Positions 28,209 to 38,123 of a DNA stretch of 64,000 nucleotides are shown piece by piece. Origin of the DNA: Clostridia bacterium (GTDB lineage Bacteria > Bacillota > Clostridia > UMGS1883 > UMGS1540); the NCBI GenBank assembly GCA_017450025.1, contig JAFSYJ010000040.1, positions 15,224 to 79,223 of the forward strand, written 5' to 3'. The translations under genes and the position numbers were made by a program. Each line of letters opens with the position of its first letter. Within the stretch, counting starts at the first letter, position 1. A model generated the notes under the pieces. That model was given only the letters and a program-made list of their open reading frames with translations, made no database searches and was not told the origin of the DNA.

Positions 28209-29426
28209 TTACGGGTTACATATACCGCAAGGTTCATAGCCTTGACTGACGGCTTCTTCACAGTTTGTAAAATAAATTTTGTTTTTATCTTTTATATTTT
28301 TTGCGCCCGTGCAAGAAGGCAAGTGAAACTTTTTTGAGCTCTTATTGCCCACATAAGCACCGCTTGAATGAATCGCAAGCTCTGTATCATTTGTAATAAC
28401 CTTTCCGTTTGAATATGCGGGACTTCCGTCGGCGGCATGGCTTTCTCCTGTTTTGTAGTCTATCACCACGCCCGGCTGCACATTATAGCAAAATACATTA
28501 AAGCACACGCCTTTGCCGTTATCCTCTACGGAATATGCTTCCATCAAAACGCCATCGGCAATAAGGTTATTACCTGTAAAAAAAGGCGTCACGCGGTAAA
28601 GAACATGGTTGTTTGTCCTCTCAACATAGTCGTCAACTTCGTTTTCAAAAGGCAACATCCCCGTTACATTCATATACCTTGTTCCCGTAATCAAGTTTTT
28701 TTCGTTATCGTTTTCGCCTGCGAGCTGATATCCTATCAGATGACAGCGGTTATATAAATATTTGCCGTCAACAAAGTCATATTTAACAGTGTGCCAGCCC
28801 GAGGGCTTGATATTTCCTATCTCTCCTCTCGGCTCTGTCGGCATAATTTCGGTACAAATATTTGCATATGCAGGACCGCACCTGCCTAAAGAGTCAAGGC
28901 TCGAATATCTTTCAAACGCTGCTTTTGTATAATCGTCGGGCTTAAAGAAAGGCGTATTGTCGTTTACAACAACATACGGACTGCCTGAATATTCGGGAAT
29001 ACGCGCATTGGTATATATAAGGACATTATAATTTGCACTGTCCCAATAAACATACGCGCCGAACGATTCGGCGACAAAACGCGCCGGCACCAAGGTTCTT
29101 CCGTGAGATATGAAAGGTGCTGTGTCCATTTCTTTTACAGAGCCGCCTGTATAAATTCTGGGGCTGCCGATTGTCATTTTTACGGTTTGCGCGTCTTTGA
29201 CCGCGGTAACCGTTTTAGTCCCGTTATCCCAATCGACTGACGCACCCATTGCCTCAAATATACCGCGGAGCGGCACCATAGTACGCCCGTTTTTTATTTG
29301 GGGCGAAACATCAAATGTAAGCTTTTCACCGTCAAGATATACGCCAATGCCGGAATCCGCCGTACACGAAACGCATATCATTGTTATAAGGATAAAAACA
29401 GTTAATATTCTTGATAGTCTTTTCAT
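28209..29426 (-). CDS. Secreted nuclease: copper-amine-oxidase N-terminal (stalk) domain + non-specific endonuclease + Ada-like metal-binding domain
   Basis: Signal peptide; GRTMVPLR and GRTLVPARF; RCHLIGYQL and NLITGTRYMN; KFHLPSC...GYEPCGIC. Confidence 0.8.
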   Translation of the reverse strand: MKRLSRILTVFILITMICVSCTADSGIGVYLDGEKLTFDVSPQIKNGRTMVPLRGIFEAMGASVDWDNGTKTVTAVKDAQTVKMTIGSPRIYTGGSVKEMDTAPFISHGRTLVPARFVAESFGAYVYWDSANYNVLIYTNARIPEYSGSPYVVVNDNTPFFKPDDYTKAAFERYSSLDSLGRCGPAYANICTEIMPTEPRGEIGNIKPSGWHTVKYDFVDGKYLYNRCHLIGYQLAGENDNEKNLITGTRYMNVTGMLPFENEVDDYVERTNNHVLYRVTPFFTGNNLIADGVLMEAYSVEDNGKGVCFNVFCYNVQPGVVIDYKTGESHAADGSPAYSNGKVITNDTELAIHSSGAYVGNKSSKKFHLPSCTGAKNIKDKNKIYFTNCEEAVSQGYEPCGICNP

Positions 29427-29499
29427 TTATTCACCGCTTTTTCTATATAATATCTACTTAAAAGGGCTTGTCTCAATACCATGAAACAGCCCTCTATCT

Positions 29500-30075
29500 C
29501 TAATTTTTAATTCCCTCTAAAAAATACCCGAATGCAAATCTGAAATATTTCAGCGCATCGTCTTTAGAAAGTCCGCGGCTAACCGCGTCTGTATTGTATC
29601 CTCTGCAAAAACACCATATGGAATAGCTCAGCGTTTCCAAATCGACATCTTGTTTTATAAGCCCTTTGCCGCGTGCATATTCGCAAACCTTGAGCATTTC
29701 TCCCGACCACCACGCGCGGTTGTTTTCTGTCAGCGAATCGTGTTCAAATGTATAACGCCTGAACTGCATCTTGATATCGTATGTGCTTATAAAAACATTT
29801 ACGGCAACATCCATACAGTAGTCAAAAAACTCGTCTCTGCTGTCGTAGTCTGATTTAAAGCATTGACGCATATTTACAACGGCATTTGCATATACAATCC
29901 GTAAAACCTCGTCAATATTGCGGAAACGGTTGTAAAACACCCTGTTCGTTGTTCCGAGCTCTGACAGAATTTTTTTAACCGTAACGGTATGCGCCCCGCT
30001 TTCGGCAGTAAGGCGCGCAGTAATGTCTATAATTTTTTCGGATATTTCATCGTGAATTAAGACGCTGTTTTCCAT
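29500..30075 (-). CDS. TetR/AcrR-family regulator
   Basis: N-terminal HTH TVKKIL..LG....FYNRFRNIDEV; about 190 aa. Confidence 0.75.
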   Translation of the reverse strand: MENSVLIHDEISEKIIDITARLTAESGAHTVTVKKILSELGTTNRVFYNRFRNIDEVLRIVYANAVVNMRQCFKSDYDSRDEFFDYCMDVAVNVFISTYDIKMQFRRYTFEHDSLTENNRAWWSGEMLKVCEYARGKGLIKQDVDLETLSYSIWCFCRGYNTDAVSRGLSKDDALKYFRFAFGYFLEGIKN

Positions 30076-30182
30076 TAAGTCCTCCTCAGCACATTGTGTG
30101 CTGAGTTAAGTGTAGCATATTTTATAAATATTGTCAAGAAAAACTGCATTCTTCGTTTGAAGACTGCAGTTTTATATCATCT

Positions 30183-31043
30183 CTATTCCAACTCTTTCAG
30201 ACTTTCGTCGATTTTTTCTTCTTTTACCTTAACATTTTTTAGTATTTTTATATCCGAAATCGAAAATTCCTGTAAAATATTTTCGTCTTCGTGGTCGAGC
30301 TTAACCTTAACAGTGCCGTGGAACATAGATGATGAAACAACAATACCCTTGCCGTCGGGTGTTTTAACTATTGCGCCTTCGCGCGGCGTGACCTTAAGCA
30401 GCTCGTCGTATGTGCTTTGCTCGTATTTAAGGCAACACATAAGTCTGCCGCAGTTTCCCGAAATTTTAGTGGGATTAAGCGAAAGGCTCTGCTCTTTTGC
30501 CATCTTTATCGAAACAGGCTGAAAGTCGCTCAAAAAGGTACTGCAACAAAGCGCTCTGCCGCATATCCCCAATCCCGAAAGCATTTTTGCCTCGTCTCTT
30601 ACTCCGACTTGTCTCAGCTCTATTCTCGTTTTGAAAACAGCCGCCAGATCCTTTACAAGCTCTCTGAAATCAACTCTGCCGTTAGCGGTAAAATAAAACA
30701 GTATCTTACTGCCGTCAAATGTGTACTCGCAGCGTATGAGCTTCATATCAAGACCGCGTTTTTCAATCTTTTGGTTGCATATTTCAAAGGCTTCTTCTTC
30801 CTTTTTGCGGTTTGAGAGCGCCTGCTTTTCGTCTTCTGCCGTGGCTATTCTTAAAACGCTTTTAAGCGGCGTGTTAATTCGTTCGTCTTCAATGCTCATA
30901 ACAGGGATCGTGACCGTACCGAACTCAATCCCGCGCGCCGTCTCAACGATAACATTGTCTCCCTTATTTATTTTAAAATTGACAGGGTCGAAATAATAAG
31001 TCTTTCCGCCCTCCTTGAACCTTACGCCTATTATAGATGTCAT
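30183..31043 (-). CDS. ricT: PSP1/RicT (YaaT) family protein
   Basis: RVDFRELVKDL, GICGRALCC, SGNCGRLMCCLKYE motifs. Confidence 0.9.
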   Translation of the reverse strand: MTSIIGVRFKEGGKTYYFDPVNFKINKGDNVIVETARGIEFGTVTIPVMSIEDERINTPLKSVLRIATAEDEKQALSNRKKEEEAFEICNQKIEKRGLDMKLIRCEYTFDGSKILFYFTANGRVDFRELVKDLAAVFKTRIELRQVGVRDEAKMLSGLGICGRALCCSTFLSDFQPVSIKMAKEQSLSLNPTKISGNCGRLMCCLKYEQSTYDELLKVTPREGAIVKTPDGKGIVVSSSMFHGTVKVKLDHEDENILQEFSISDIKILKNVKVKEEKIDESLKELE

Positions 31044-31056
31044 AAGTATCTCCTAA

Positions 31057-32004
31057 CTAATTAAACTTTGTTAATAAATTGATTGTCCAAAGTGATAAAT
31101 TATTACCCTTTTTAAATCTTTGCGCTATGTCTATTGCTTCGTCTGCGATTGCCGTCAATTTCAAAGCCTTACACTTTGTTGCAAAGCGCATTATCTCTGC
31201 TTCATAGTCATAATTTATTGCGCTGCCGCCGTTTTTGAGAGAAACTGCGTCGCGAATCCATGATAACAAAAGATTTATGCTGCGGTTTATATTTTCTTTG
31301 TTTTTTGCGATGTACTGCTCCAGCCCCAAAATAAGTTCAGGACCGTTCTTTGACATCACATCATAAAGAGCCTTTCGCGCTTCAAAATACTCCTCACCGC
31401 TTGCCATATCCGCCGCCGTGCCGATGATCCCACCGGAAAGTGACGCTATTAGTCCTGCGTTTTCCGTATCCGGAAAATTTTCTTTTAAATACCGTAATAT
31501 TTCGTATTTAGTACAAGGGTCAACGCGCATAACAACAGCCCTTGAAAGTACAGTGGGCAACAGTGCTTTTGCATTTGTCGCGCTTAAAAATATTACCGCA
31601 TACGAGGGTGGCTCCTCCAAAATTTTTAAAAACGCGTTTTGCGCCTCAATCCCAAACGGCTTTGAATCGTCAATTAGATATATCTTTTTATCAGCTAAAA
31701 GCGGCTTTACATAAATATCCTCGGAGATGCGCCGTATGGTATCGACAGATATATTGCCCTTATCCGAATTTTCGGAAACAACGGCAAAATCGGGGTGACT
31801 GCCGCCCATATGCTTGATACACGCAGAGCAAGTACCGCAAGGCTTTGCGGCGCCGGAGCAATGTATCATACGCGCAATATGGTGTGCAAGCGTCTTTTTG
31901 CCAACGCCCTTTTGTCCTTCGAGTATATAAAAATGGTGCAGCGTATCGTTTGCGACCGCATTTTTAAAGTATTCTAAAGTTTTTTGTTTACCTATGATAT
32001 TCAT
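31057..32004 (-). CDS. holB: DNA polymerase III delta' subunit
   Basis: GQKGVGK, CGTCSAC, HPD, AQNAFLKILEEPP, TVLSR motifs; upstream of ricT. Confidence 0.85.
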   Translation of the reverse strand: MNIIGKQKTLEYFKNAVANDTLHHFYILEGQKGVGKKTLAHHIARMIHCSGAAKPCGTCSACIKHMGGSHPDFAVVSENSDKGNISVDTIRRISEDIYVKPLLADKKIYLIDDSKPFGIEAQNAFLKILEEPPSYAVIFLSATNAKALLPTVLSRAVVMRVDPCTKYEILRYLKENFPDTENAGLIASLSGGIIGTAADMASGEEYFEARKALYDVMSKNGPELILGLEQYIAKNKENINRSINLLLSWIRDAVSLKNGGSAINYDYEAEIMRFATKCKALKLTAIADEAIDIAQRFKKGNNLSLWTINLLTKFN

Positions 32005-32010
32005 TTTAAA

Positions 32011-32337
32011 TCAGACTTTTTCAAATCTGTCAACATCAACAACAAAAATTGTTGCTCCGCCTACATCTACCTCAAGGGGATAGTGACAAACCATACCTGC
32101 CATATCAGGTGATGAAGGCGATGACATAATTGTTTTTCTGACAGAGCACTTATCCTTAAGAATATCAATTACACCCTCAACCTGTTCCTCTTCAACGCCT
32201 ATCAAAAGCGTCATATTGCCCGAACGCAAAAAACCGCCCGTAGTTGCAAGCTTAGTAACGCTGTAGCCTGCTGTGTTCAAAGCAGACATAGCCTTGTCAC
32301 CGTCGTCGGTATTTACGATTGCAAGCACAAGTTTCAT
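32011..32337 (-). CDS. darA: PII-like c-di-AMP receptor (DarA/PstA)
   Basis: TKLATTGGFLRSGN and VGGATIFV motifs. Confidence 0.9.
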   Translation of the reverse strand: MKLVLAIVNTDDGDKAMSALNTAGYSVTKLATTGGFLRSGNMTLLIGVEEEQVEGVIDILKDKCSVRKTIMSSPSSPDMAGMVCHYPLEVDVGGATIFVVDVDRFEKV

Positions 32338-32388
32338 ACAAAATCCCTCCTCTTTAATATTTTAACACAAACATATCAAAAATGCAAG

Positions 32389-32997
32389 CTAAAAAGCCTC
32401 CAAGCGGAAAATAGGAAGTCCCTGCGCAACAAAATTTTTCTCGTATTCTGTCATAATATTGTCTTTTTGTTCTGTGGAATGAAGGTCACGCGAAACATTT
32501 TTGATCCGGAATCCGTTTTTTTCAAACGATTCTATCGAAAAGTCAAAAAGCTGTTCGTTATCGGTTTTCATATGTATTTCGCCGCCGTCATTCAAAAGCT
32601 TTTTGTAAAGCTCCGCAAAAAAGTCGGAACTAAGTCTGCGCTTTGCGTGGCGCTTGTGCGACCATGGGTCGGAAAAGTTAAGATATATTCTGCTACAAAA
32701 ATGCGAGTTTTCTATATCGCAGAGCTTGGAAACATCCATATTCAGAAATTTTATATTTTGAAGTCCGAGCCTGTCGGCTTTTTCAAGCGCGCTTATAATA
32801 ACAGTCTGCACCTTTTCGACAGCGACAAAGCTTTTTTCGGGATTTCTGAGTGCCATTTGAGTTATAAAATCGCCTTTTCCGCATCCTATTTCAAGCTCTA
32901 TATCTTTAAATGCTTCAAATTCAGCAATATCGTATATCAAAAGATGTGAAACAGCCGCCAATCTCTTTTCGGCATTTTTCTTTTTTCTGGGTCTCAT
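32389..32997 (-). CDS. trmB: tRNA (guanine-N7)-methyltransferase
   Basis: EIGCGKG, NFSDPW..KRHAKRRL, KTD, TEYE motifs. Confidence 0.95.
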   Translation of the reverse strand: MRPRKKKNAEKRLAAVSHLLIYDIAEFEAFKDIELEIGCGKGDFITQMALRNPEKSFVAVEKVQTVIISALEKADRLGLQNIKFLNMDVSKLCDIENSHFCSRIYLNFSDPWSHKRHAKRRLSSDFFAELYKKLLNDGGEIHMKTDNEQLFDFSIESFEKNGFRIKNVSRDLHSTEQKDNIMTEYEKNFVAQGLPIFRLEAF

Positions 32998-33080
32998 TTT
33001 GTGATCCTTTCCGGATAATTATTCTAATATATACATAACACAAAATGACCGAAAAGTCAACTTTTATTTGTTGTTTTAAC

Positions 33081-33773
33081 TCATTCCATTCTCATTTTTA
33101 TCTTTGCCAGAGCCTTCTTTTCAAGCCGCGAAACCTGAACCTGACTTATGCCAAGAACGCGCGCGGTTTCTGATTGTGTTTTGTCCTCAAAATACCGCAA
33201 CGCTATCAATCGCCGCTCCTGTGATGTAGCTTTTTTAAGAGCCTCGCTGAGCGCAATGCGTTCAATCTTATCGCCCTCCGTACTGTCGGCAGGTATTATT
33301 TCCATAAGCTCTGTATCCTCGCCTACCTTTTCATAAAGCGACTGCGGCTCGCGTGCTGCGTCCATTGCCATAATGATATCTTCGCGTTCAATACCGCATC
33401 GTTCAGCTATCTCGCTGATGTTCGGCTCTCTGCCAAGCTCGTCACGAAGTGCCGATGCCGCAACAGAAGCTTTGTGCGCCGTCTCTTTAAGTGCCCGGCT
33501 GACCTTTATGGAAGATGTGTCGCGCAAATGCCTGCGTATTTCACCCGAGATAAGCCACACCGCATAAGTGGAAAATTTATAACCCAACCCGGTATCGAAT
33601 TTCATAACAGCCTTGCAAAGTCCGATTGAGCCTATCTGCACGAGATCCTCAAACTCCTCGCCGCGCCCCGCAAATCTTTTTGCGACGGAACGCACCAACG
33701 CCCCGTGCGCCACACAAAGCTCTCCGAGTGCTTTTTTGTCTCCCGATTGAGCCCTCAAAAACAAATTATCCAT
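33081..33773 (-). CDS. sigF: Sporulation sigma factor SigF
   Basis: Third gene of spoIIA; IKVSRALKE, DKTQSETA, GISQVQVSRLEKK. Confidence 0.9.
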   Translation of the reverse strand: MDNLFLRAQSGDKKALGELCVAHGALVRSVAKRFAGRGEEFEDLVQIGSIGLCKAVMKFDTGLGYKFSTYAVWLISGEIRRHLRDTSSIKVSRALKETAHKASVAASALRDELGREPNISEIAERCGIEREDIIMAMDAAREPQSLYEKVGEDTELMEIIPADSTEGDKIERIALSEALKKATSQERRLIALRYFEDKTQSETARVLGISQVQVSRLEKKALAKIKMRME

Positions 33774-34190
33774 TTACATTATCCTTTTTGTCATCAAAAC
33801 CTTTGTGCCTTTGCCTGTTTCTGATGAGACTTCAAGAGAATCCATAAAGCTTTCCATAACCGTAAAGCCCATTCCGCTCCGTTCAAGATCTGGCTTTGAT
33901 GTATAAAGAGGCTGCATAGCTTTTTTGATGTCGTCAATTCCGCGCCCTTTGTCAATCACTTGGATTTTAACGCACTTTTCTTCAATTTCCATCAAAAGCG
34001 TAACTGTTCCTCCGCGATTTTCGTAACCGTGAATAATAGCGTTTGTCACCGCCTCGCTTACTGCCGTTTTTATATCGTCAAGTTCCTCCAGCGTTGGATT
34101 AAGCTGCGAAACAAAAGCTGCGGCAGCAATGCGTGCAAAGCCTTCGTTTTCGGAAACGGACAAAAAATCTATTTTAACTCTGTTATTCAT
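33774..34190 (-). CDS. spoIIAB: Anti-sigma F factor
   Basis: [12 protein letters not shown] and [15 protein letters not shown] motifs. Confidence 0.96.
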   Translation of the reverse strand: MNNRVKIDFLSVSENEGFARIAAAAFVSQLNPTLEELDDIKTAVSEAVTNAIIHGYENRGGTVTLLMEIEEKCVKIQVIDKGRGIDDIKKAMQPLYTSKPDLERSGMGFTVMESFMDSLEVSSETGKGTKVLMTKRIM

Positions 34191-34525
34191 GCCACACCTC
34201 CGACAGCTTCCTGTGCCGTTTCATATATCGGAATGATCCTGTGTACTCCGGCAAGTTCAATAAGCCTCCTGGTAAGAAGCGACGGCGCGGCTATTGCGGT
34301 TTTGCCGCCCATCGCGGAGACAGTTTTGTACCTTCCTATAAGTATTCCAAGCCCCGAGCTGTCCATAAACGCGAGCTTTTGAAGATTAAATACCAGGTTC
34401 TTGGCATTAGAAGTCGAAAACCTCCTGTCGATTTCTTCGCGGACATTAACGGCGTTGTGATGGTCAAGCTCCCCTGCCATCGAAACAACAAGCGTCTGTC
34501 CCGTCTTTTTAAATGTCAAATGCAA
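34187..34525 (-). CDS. spoIIAA: Anti-anti-sigma F factor
   Basis: GELDHH and FMDSSGLG motifs. Confidence 0.95.
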   Translation of the reverse strand: MHLTFKKTGQTLVVSMAGELDHHNAVNVREEIDRRFSTSNAKNLVFNLQKLAFMDSSGLGILIGRYKTVSAMGGKTAIAAPSLLTRRLIELAGVHRIIPIYETAQEAVGGVA

Positions 34526-34571
34526 TTACAACACTCCCTTTTCAAATTCAAAAATTGCGATTATCTTTTTT

Positions 34572-34625
34572 ATTCAATATCGCCCGAAAATTCTCCTTCA
34601 AAGAAAAATCACTACTTTTGTCGAA
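34572..34625 (-). promoter_or_regulatory. sigma-H promoter and Spo0A box for spoIIA
   Basis: Minus strand GAAGGAGAA-12 nt-ATTGAAT (34599-34572); perfect 0A box TGTCGAA at 34619-34625. Confidence 0.75.
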
Positions 34626-34673
34626 TAATAAACAGGTCCAATAATTATGTAAACTTTTTCTGCATTTTTCTGT

Positions 34674-34796
34674 TTTTTCACAAAACTTTTCCAAAAAACT
34701 TATCCACACTAAATCAGGCGTTTTTTAGGGTTATACACAAAGTTATCCACATTTTCCACATAGTTTTATGGGGTATTTTGTCGCATATGTGGAAAA
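34674..34796. promoter_or_regulatory. DnaA-box cluster
   Basis: TTATCCACA 34700-34708, TTATACACA 34731-34739, TTATCCACA 34743-34751, TTTTCCACA 34752-34760, inverted TGTGGAAAA 34788-34796; degenerate copies at 34674 and 34687. Confidence 0.8.
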
Positions 34797-34970
34797 CTCT
34801 GATTCCCATTTTTACTGACATAAAACAGGTTTACTAAATTATTTTTTATTTTATGATTTTTTCATATTTTTCCCATTTTACAAAAATAATCGAAAGTGCT
34901 TGCAATCTTGCCGTTTTTATAATATAATTGGAAAATAAAGGGGATAATAAGTAAAAAAGCAGGTGATTTT

Positions 34971-35495
34971 TTGAACATACCAAATATTTTGACGCTTATC
35001 AGAATAGCTCTTATACCGGTAACTGCATATATGTTTTATCTTCATAACATTACCGCCGCCGTTATAGTGTTCATGGTTGCGTGTGTAACGGATATTTTAG
35101 ACGGATTTATTGCCCGCCGCTTTAATATGGTGACAGACCTTGGAAAGGTCTTGGATCCGCTTGCGGACAAGGGTATGCAAATGACTGTTTTGTTCTCAAT
35201 GGCTGCACTTTCATATATACCGTGGGCTGTCGTAATTGTTATAATATGCAAAGAGCTTTTGCAGTTTGCAGGCGGCGCACAGCTTTATTCTTCAAATGTA
35301 ATTATTTCGGCAAATTGGTACGGTAAGGTGTCAACCGTTGTAACAAGCGTATGCGTCATAGTTATTTTACTTTTTCACGATTTTCTTTCACCTGTATTTT
35401 TAACGATACTGCAATGGCTGCCTGTTTTGTTTGCCGCAATTTCACTTTGCGGATATTTCAAAATTTTCTTATCTGTTGAAAAGGACAAAAACTGA
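34971..35495 (+). CDS. CDP-alcohol phosphatidyltransferase (PgsA-like)
   Basis: PNILTLIR and TDILDGFIARR....DLGKVLDPLADK motifs. Confidence 0.9.
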   Translation: MNIPNILTLIRIALIPVTAYMFYLHNITAAVIVFMVACVTDILDGFIARRFNMVTDLGKVLDPLADKGMQMTVLFSMAALSYIPWAVVIVIICKELLQFAGGAQLYSSNVIISANWYGKVSTVVTSVCVIVILLFHDFLSPVFLTILQWLPVLFAAISLCGYFKIFLSVEKDKN

Positions 35496-35497
35496 TT

Positions 35498-36163
35498 ATG
35501 AAAGAAAAAATATACACCATTCCGCTGACAGAAGCTTTAAAGGCAGATTGTGAATGTCCGCTTTGCGAAGTTGAAAAGAATATCGACATAAAAACAACGC
35601 AGTACTTTATAGGCCCTGCTATGATGGAGCCTGACACGCGCTCTCTGACAAACAGCAAGGGCTTTTGCCGCAGGCATTACGATAAAATGCTTGAAAGCGG
35701 CAATAAGCTCAGCCTTGCCTTAATATTACAAACAAGATTAAATGAAGTAAATAATAAGCTTGCGGAAATATCAAAACAGAAAAAGTTGCAAAAGCTTAAA
35801 AAAGAAATTGACGGATTTCAAAAAATGTTTTCTTCATGCGCGGTATGCGAAAAGGTCGCCGACAGAATGAACGACTGCATCGACAACTTTTTGTATCTGT
35901 TAAAAAAAGAGCCCGACTTCAGAGCTGAATTTCTTTTATCAAAAGGGCTGTGTATGAAGCATTTTAATATGCTTGTTCCGCTCATTACGGATAACGGCTT
36001 GCTGGAAGAAGTCGTCGCGCTGCAGGTAAAGCAATCAGAGCGTATAAAAAGCGAAATTGACAAATTCTGTTTAAAATTCGATTACAGAAGCACCGACCTT
36101 GATATTGAAGATGTCAAGGATTCTCCTGCAAGGGCGGTATATAAACTGCGGTCGCTTATTTAA
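35498..36163 (+). CDS. DUF6062-like Cys/His-rich hypothetical protein
   Basis: ECPLC, GFCRRH, CAVC, GLCMKH, KFDYR motifs. Confidence 0.7.
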   Translation: MKEKIYTIPLTEALKADCECPLCEVEKNIDIKTTQYFIGPAMMEPDTRSLTNSKGFCRRHYDKMLESGNKLSLALILQTRLNEVNNKLAEISKQKKLQKLKKEIDGFQKMFSSCAVCEKVADRMNDCIDNFLYLLKKEPDFRAEFLLSKGLCMKHFNMLVPLITDNGLLEEVVALQVKQSERIKSEIDKFCLKFDYRSTDLDIEDVKDSPARAVYKLRSLI

Positions 36164-36239
36164 AAATTACTTTTTCATTTTGCAGGCTGCCTTATCGGCG
36201 GTCTGTTAAGTTTTACAAAGGACCTTTGGAGGAAGGCAA

Positions 36240-37097
36240 ATGATTATTCCGAAAAAAATTGCAGCTATACACGATATAGCTGGCTTTGGGCGAAGCTCTT
36301 TAACCGTTGTGATACCCGTTATGAGTGCGCTCGGTCATCAGACATGCCCTGTGCCAACGGCTGTGCTGTCTACAATTACAGGCTTTTATACCAATTATAC
36401 AATGCTTGACCTCTCGCCTGTTCTGCACGATTATCTTTCACATTGGCTTCGTGAAGGCGTTAAGCTCGACTGCATATATTCCGGATTTTTGGGTAGCGCG
36501 GAGCAGGCGGATATTGCCATCGACTTTATAGATAAGCTCCACACTCCGCTTGTCGTCGTCGACCCTGTTTTTGCCGATGGCAACGCGCTATATTCGTGCT
36601 TTGACTCAGATATCATACCTGCAATGAAGGCACTTATTTCGCGCGCAGATATTATAACTCCAAACGCGACCGAAGCCGCATACCTCGTCGGTGTAGATTC
36701 TGTCGATAACATCGAAAGTGCCTGCAAATGCGCGCAAGTGCTTTCGGAACACGGACCGTCATCTGTAATTATAACAGGCGTACCTGATGAAAGTGATAAA
36801 GTCTCAATTGTTGTTTTTGATAAAAAAGAAAACGGATTTTATAAAATTTCCAACCCATACCTCGCCCACGCAAATTACCCCGGTACGGGCGACTTGTTTA
36901 CAAGCGTTCTCACGGCTCATATTCTAAAGGGCAAAGCTCCGCTCGAAAGCGCAGCGATCGCGGCTGACTTTGTATTTATGTCAATCAAAGACGCCTGCGA
37001 AAGCAAAGCCGCCTTGCGCGACGGCGTACCGTTTGAGCCTATGCTGCCCCGGCTTGCTGATATTAAGGGACTTGAGGTAAAAAGAATTCTGTTATAA
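36240..37097 (+). CDS. pdxK: Pyridoxal/pyridoxamine kinase
   Basis: HDIAGFGRSSL, YSGFLGS, DPV, TPNATEA, GTGDLF motifs. Confidence 0.85.
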   Translation: MIIPKKIAAIHDIAGFGRSSLTVVIPVMSALGHQTCPVPTAVLSTITGFYTNYTMLDLSPVLHDYLSHWLREGVKLDCIYSGFLGSAEQADIAIDFIDKLHTPLVVVDPVFADGNALYSCFDSDIIPAMKALISRADIITPNATEAAYLVGVDSVDNIESACKCAQVLSEHGPSSVIITGVPDESDKVSIVVFDKKENGFYKISNPYLAHANYPGTGDLFTSVLTAHILKGKAPLESAAIAADFVFMSIKDACESKAALRDGVPFEPMLPRLADIKGLEVKRILL

Positions 37098-37113
37098 AGT
37101 CATTTATATAATC

Positions 37114-37146
37114 AAAAACCCCGTTGCAAAAGCAACGGGGTTTTTT
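37114..37146. terminator. Bidirectional terminator between pdxK and tRNA-Thr
   Basis: AAAAACCCCGTTGC-AAAA-GCAACGGGGTTTTT. Confidence 0.85.
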
Positions 37147-37221
37147 GGAGCTACCGATCCGATTCGAACGGACGACCTGCTCATTACGAGTGAGCTGCTC
37201 TACCTGCTGAGCCACGGTAGC
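37146..37221 (-). tRNA. tRNA-Thr (CGT)
   Basis: Reverse complement GCTACCGTGGCTCAG...GCTCA-CTCGTAA-TGAGC...GTTCGAATC...GGTAGCTCCA, 76 nt. Confidence 0.95.
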
Positions 37222-37289
37222 AAATTACTCATATATTATACGCGTTTGACGGCAAAAAGTCAAGCATTTTTTAAACAAAAGAAATTTTT

Positions 37290-37318
37290 GCATAAAAAGC
37301 TAAAAATCGGACAAGATA
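37290..37318 (+). promoter_or_regulatory. Possible forespore (sigma-G/F) promoter
   Basis: GCATA-17 nt-CAAGATA upstream of the coat-F-like genes. Confidence 0.45.
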
Positions 37319-37365
37319 AGTCTGTCCGCAGATAAAACCAAAATATAACACGCGGTCAGAAAGGG

Positions 37366-37554
37366 TTGATAACTATGACATCTAAGGAACTTCAATACTT
37401 GGAGGACTCGCTCGGAATGGAGCAGCAACTTGCGACAAAATGCACGGATTACGCGTCAAAGGTAACAGATGCGCAGCTCAAAACCACTTTAACCAATTTG
37501 GCAAATCAGCACCAGCAGCACTATAACAGCCTTTTGGCACAACTCGGCAAATAA
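37366..37554 (+). CDS. Small spore coat / ferritin-like protein
   Basis: MTSKELQYLEDSL..E...K...Y.....D..LK......HQQHY pattern. Confidence 0.7.
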   Translation: MITMTSKELQYLEDSLGMEQQLATKCTDYASKVTDAQLKTTLTNLANQHQQHYNSLLAQLGK

Positions 37555-37567
37555 GGAGGACTATATT

Positions 37568-37825
37568 ATGCAGATGAAACAGAATATGACGGACAGAGAG
37601 TATCTCGATGACGTTCTTTTAACATCAAAGACAATGAGCGAGCTTTATCACTTTGCCGTTCAGGAGTCTTCAACAGAAAATGTGCACTGCAACTTCAAAA
37701 ACATTCTTAACGACGCGCTTGATATGCAACACCAGATTTTCTGTGTGATGGAACAAAAAGGCTGGTATGCCCCTGCAGAAGCGCCCCAGCCGCAAATTGA
37801 ACAGGTTAAGCAAAAATTTCAGTAA
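37568..37825 (+). CDS. Coat F-domain spore protein
   Basis: MTDRE..DD.L...K......A..ESS...IF..M.QKGWY pattern; AGGAGG RBS. Confidence 0.8.
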   Translation: MQMKQNMTDREYLDDVLLTSKTMSELYHFAVQESSTENVHCNFKNILNDALDMQHQIFCVMEQKGWYAPAEAPQPQIEQVKQKFQ

Positions 37826-37837
37826 GGTACACAAATT

Positions 37838-37866
37838 TTGCCCCTTTTTAAAGGGGCAATTTTTTT
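37838..37866 (+). terminator. Terminator after the coat genes
   Basis: TTGCCCCTTT-TT-AAAGGGGCAA followed by a T-run. Confidence 0.7.
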
Positions 37867-37918
37867 ATTTAATCATATAATGAATACAGAGAGATTATAT
37901 TATTAAAAAGGGGGTTTT

Positions 37919-38110
37919 ATGATGCCTGATATAAACGAAATCTTAAAAAATATGAGCCAAAACGATATAAAAGCCGCAATAAAAAAGGCACAAGAGCTTG
38001 CAAATACCGCCGAAGGCAAGGAGCTTATGAAAAAAATGAATAAAGAAGAGCTTCAAAAAACAATAAAAAACAATCCGGATATTATTAAAAAATTAAACGG
38101 ATTGCGTTAA
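37919..38110 (+). CDS. Small hypothetical protein
   Basis: RBS AGGGGG; helical Lys/Asn-rich ORF, first of three coupled ORFs. Confidence 0.6.
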   Translation: MMPDINEILKNMSQNDIKAAIKKAQELANTAEGKELMKKMNKEELQKTIKNNPDIIKKLNGLR

Positions 38111-38123
38111 ATGGGGTGATAAA

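Noticed and set aside
34241-34837. 198-aa plus-strand ORF
   Set aside because: It is antisense to spoIIAA and runs through the promoter and DnaA boxes (the VIHKVIH residues are translated boxes), so it is spurious.
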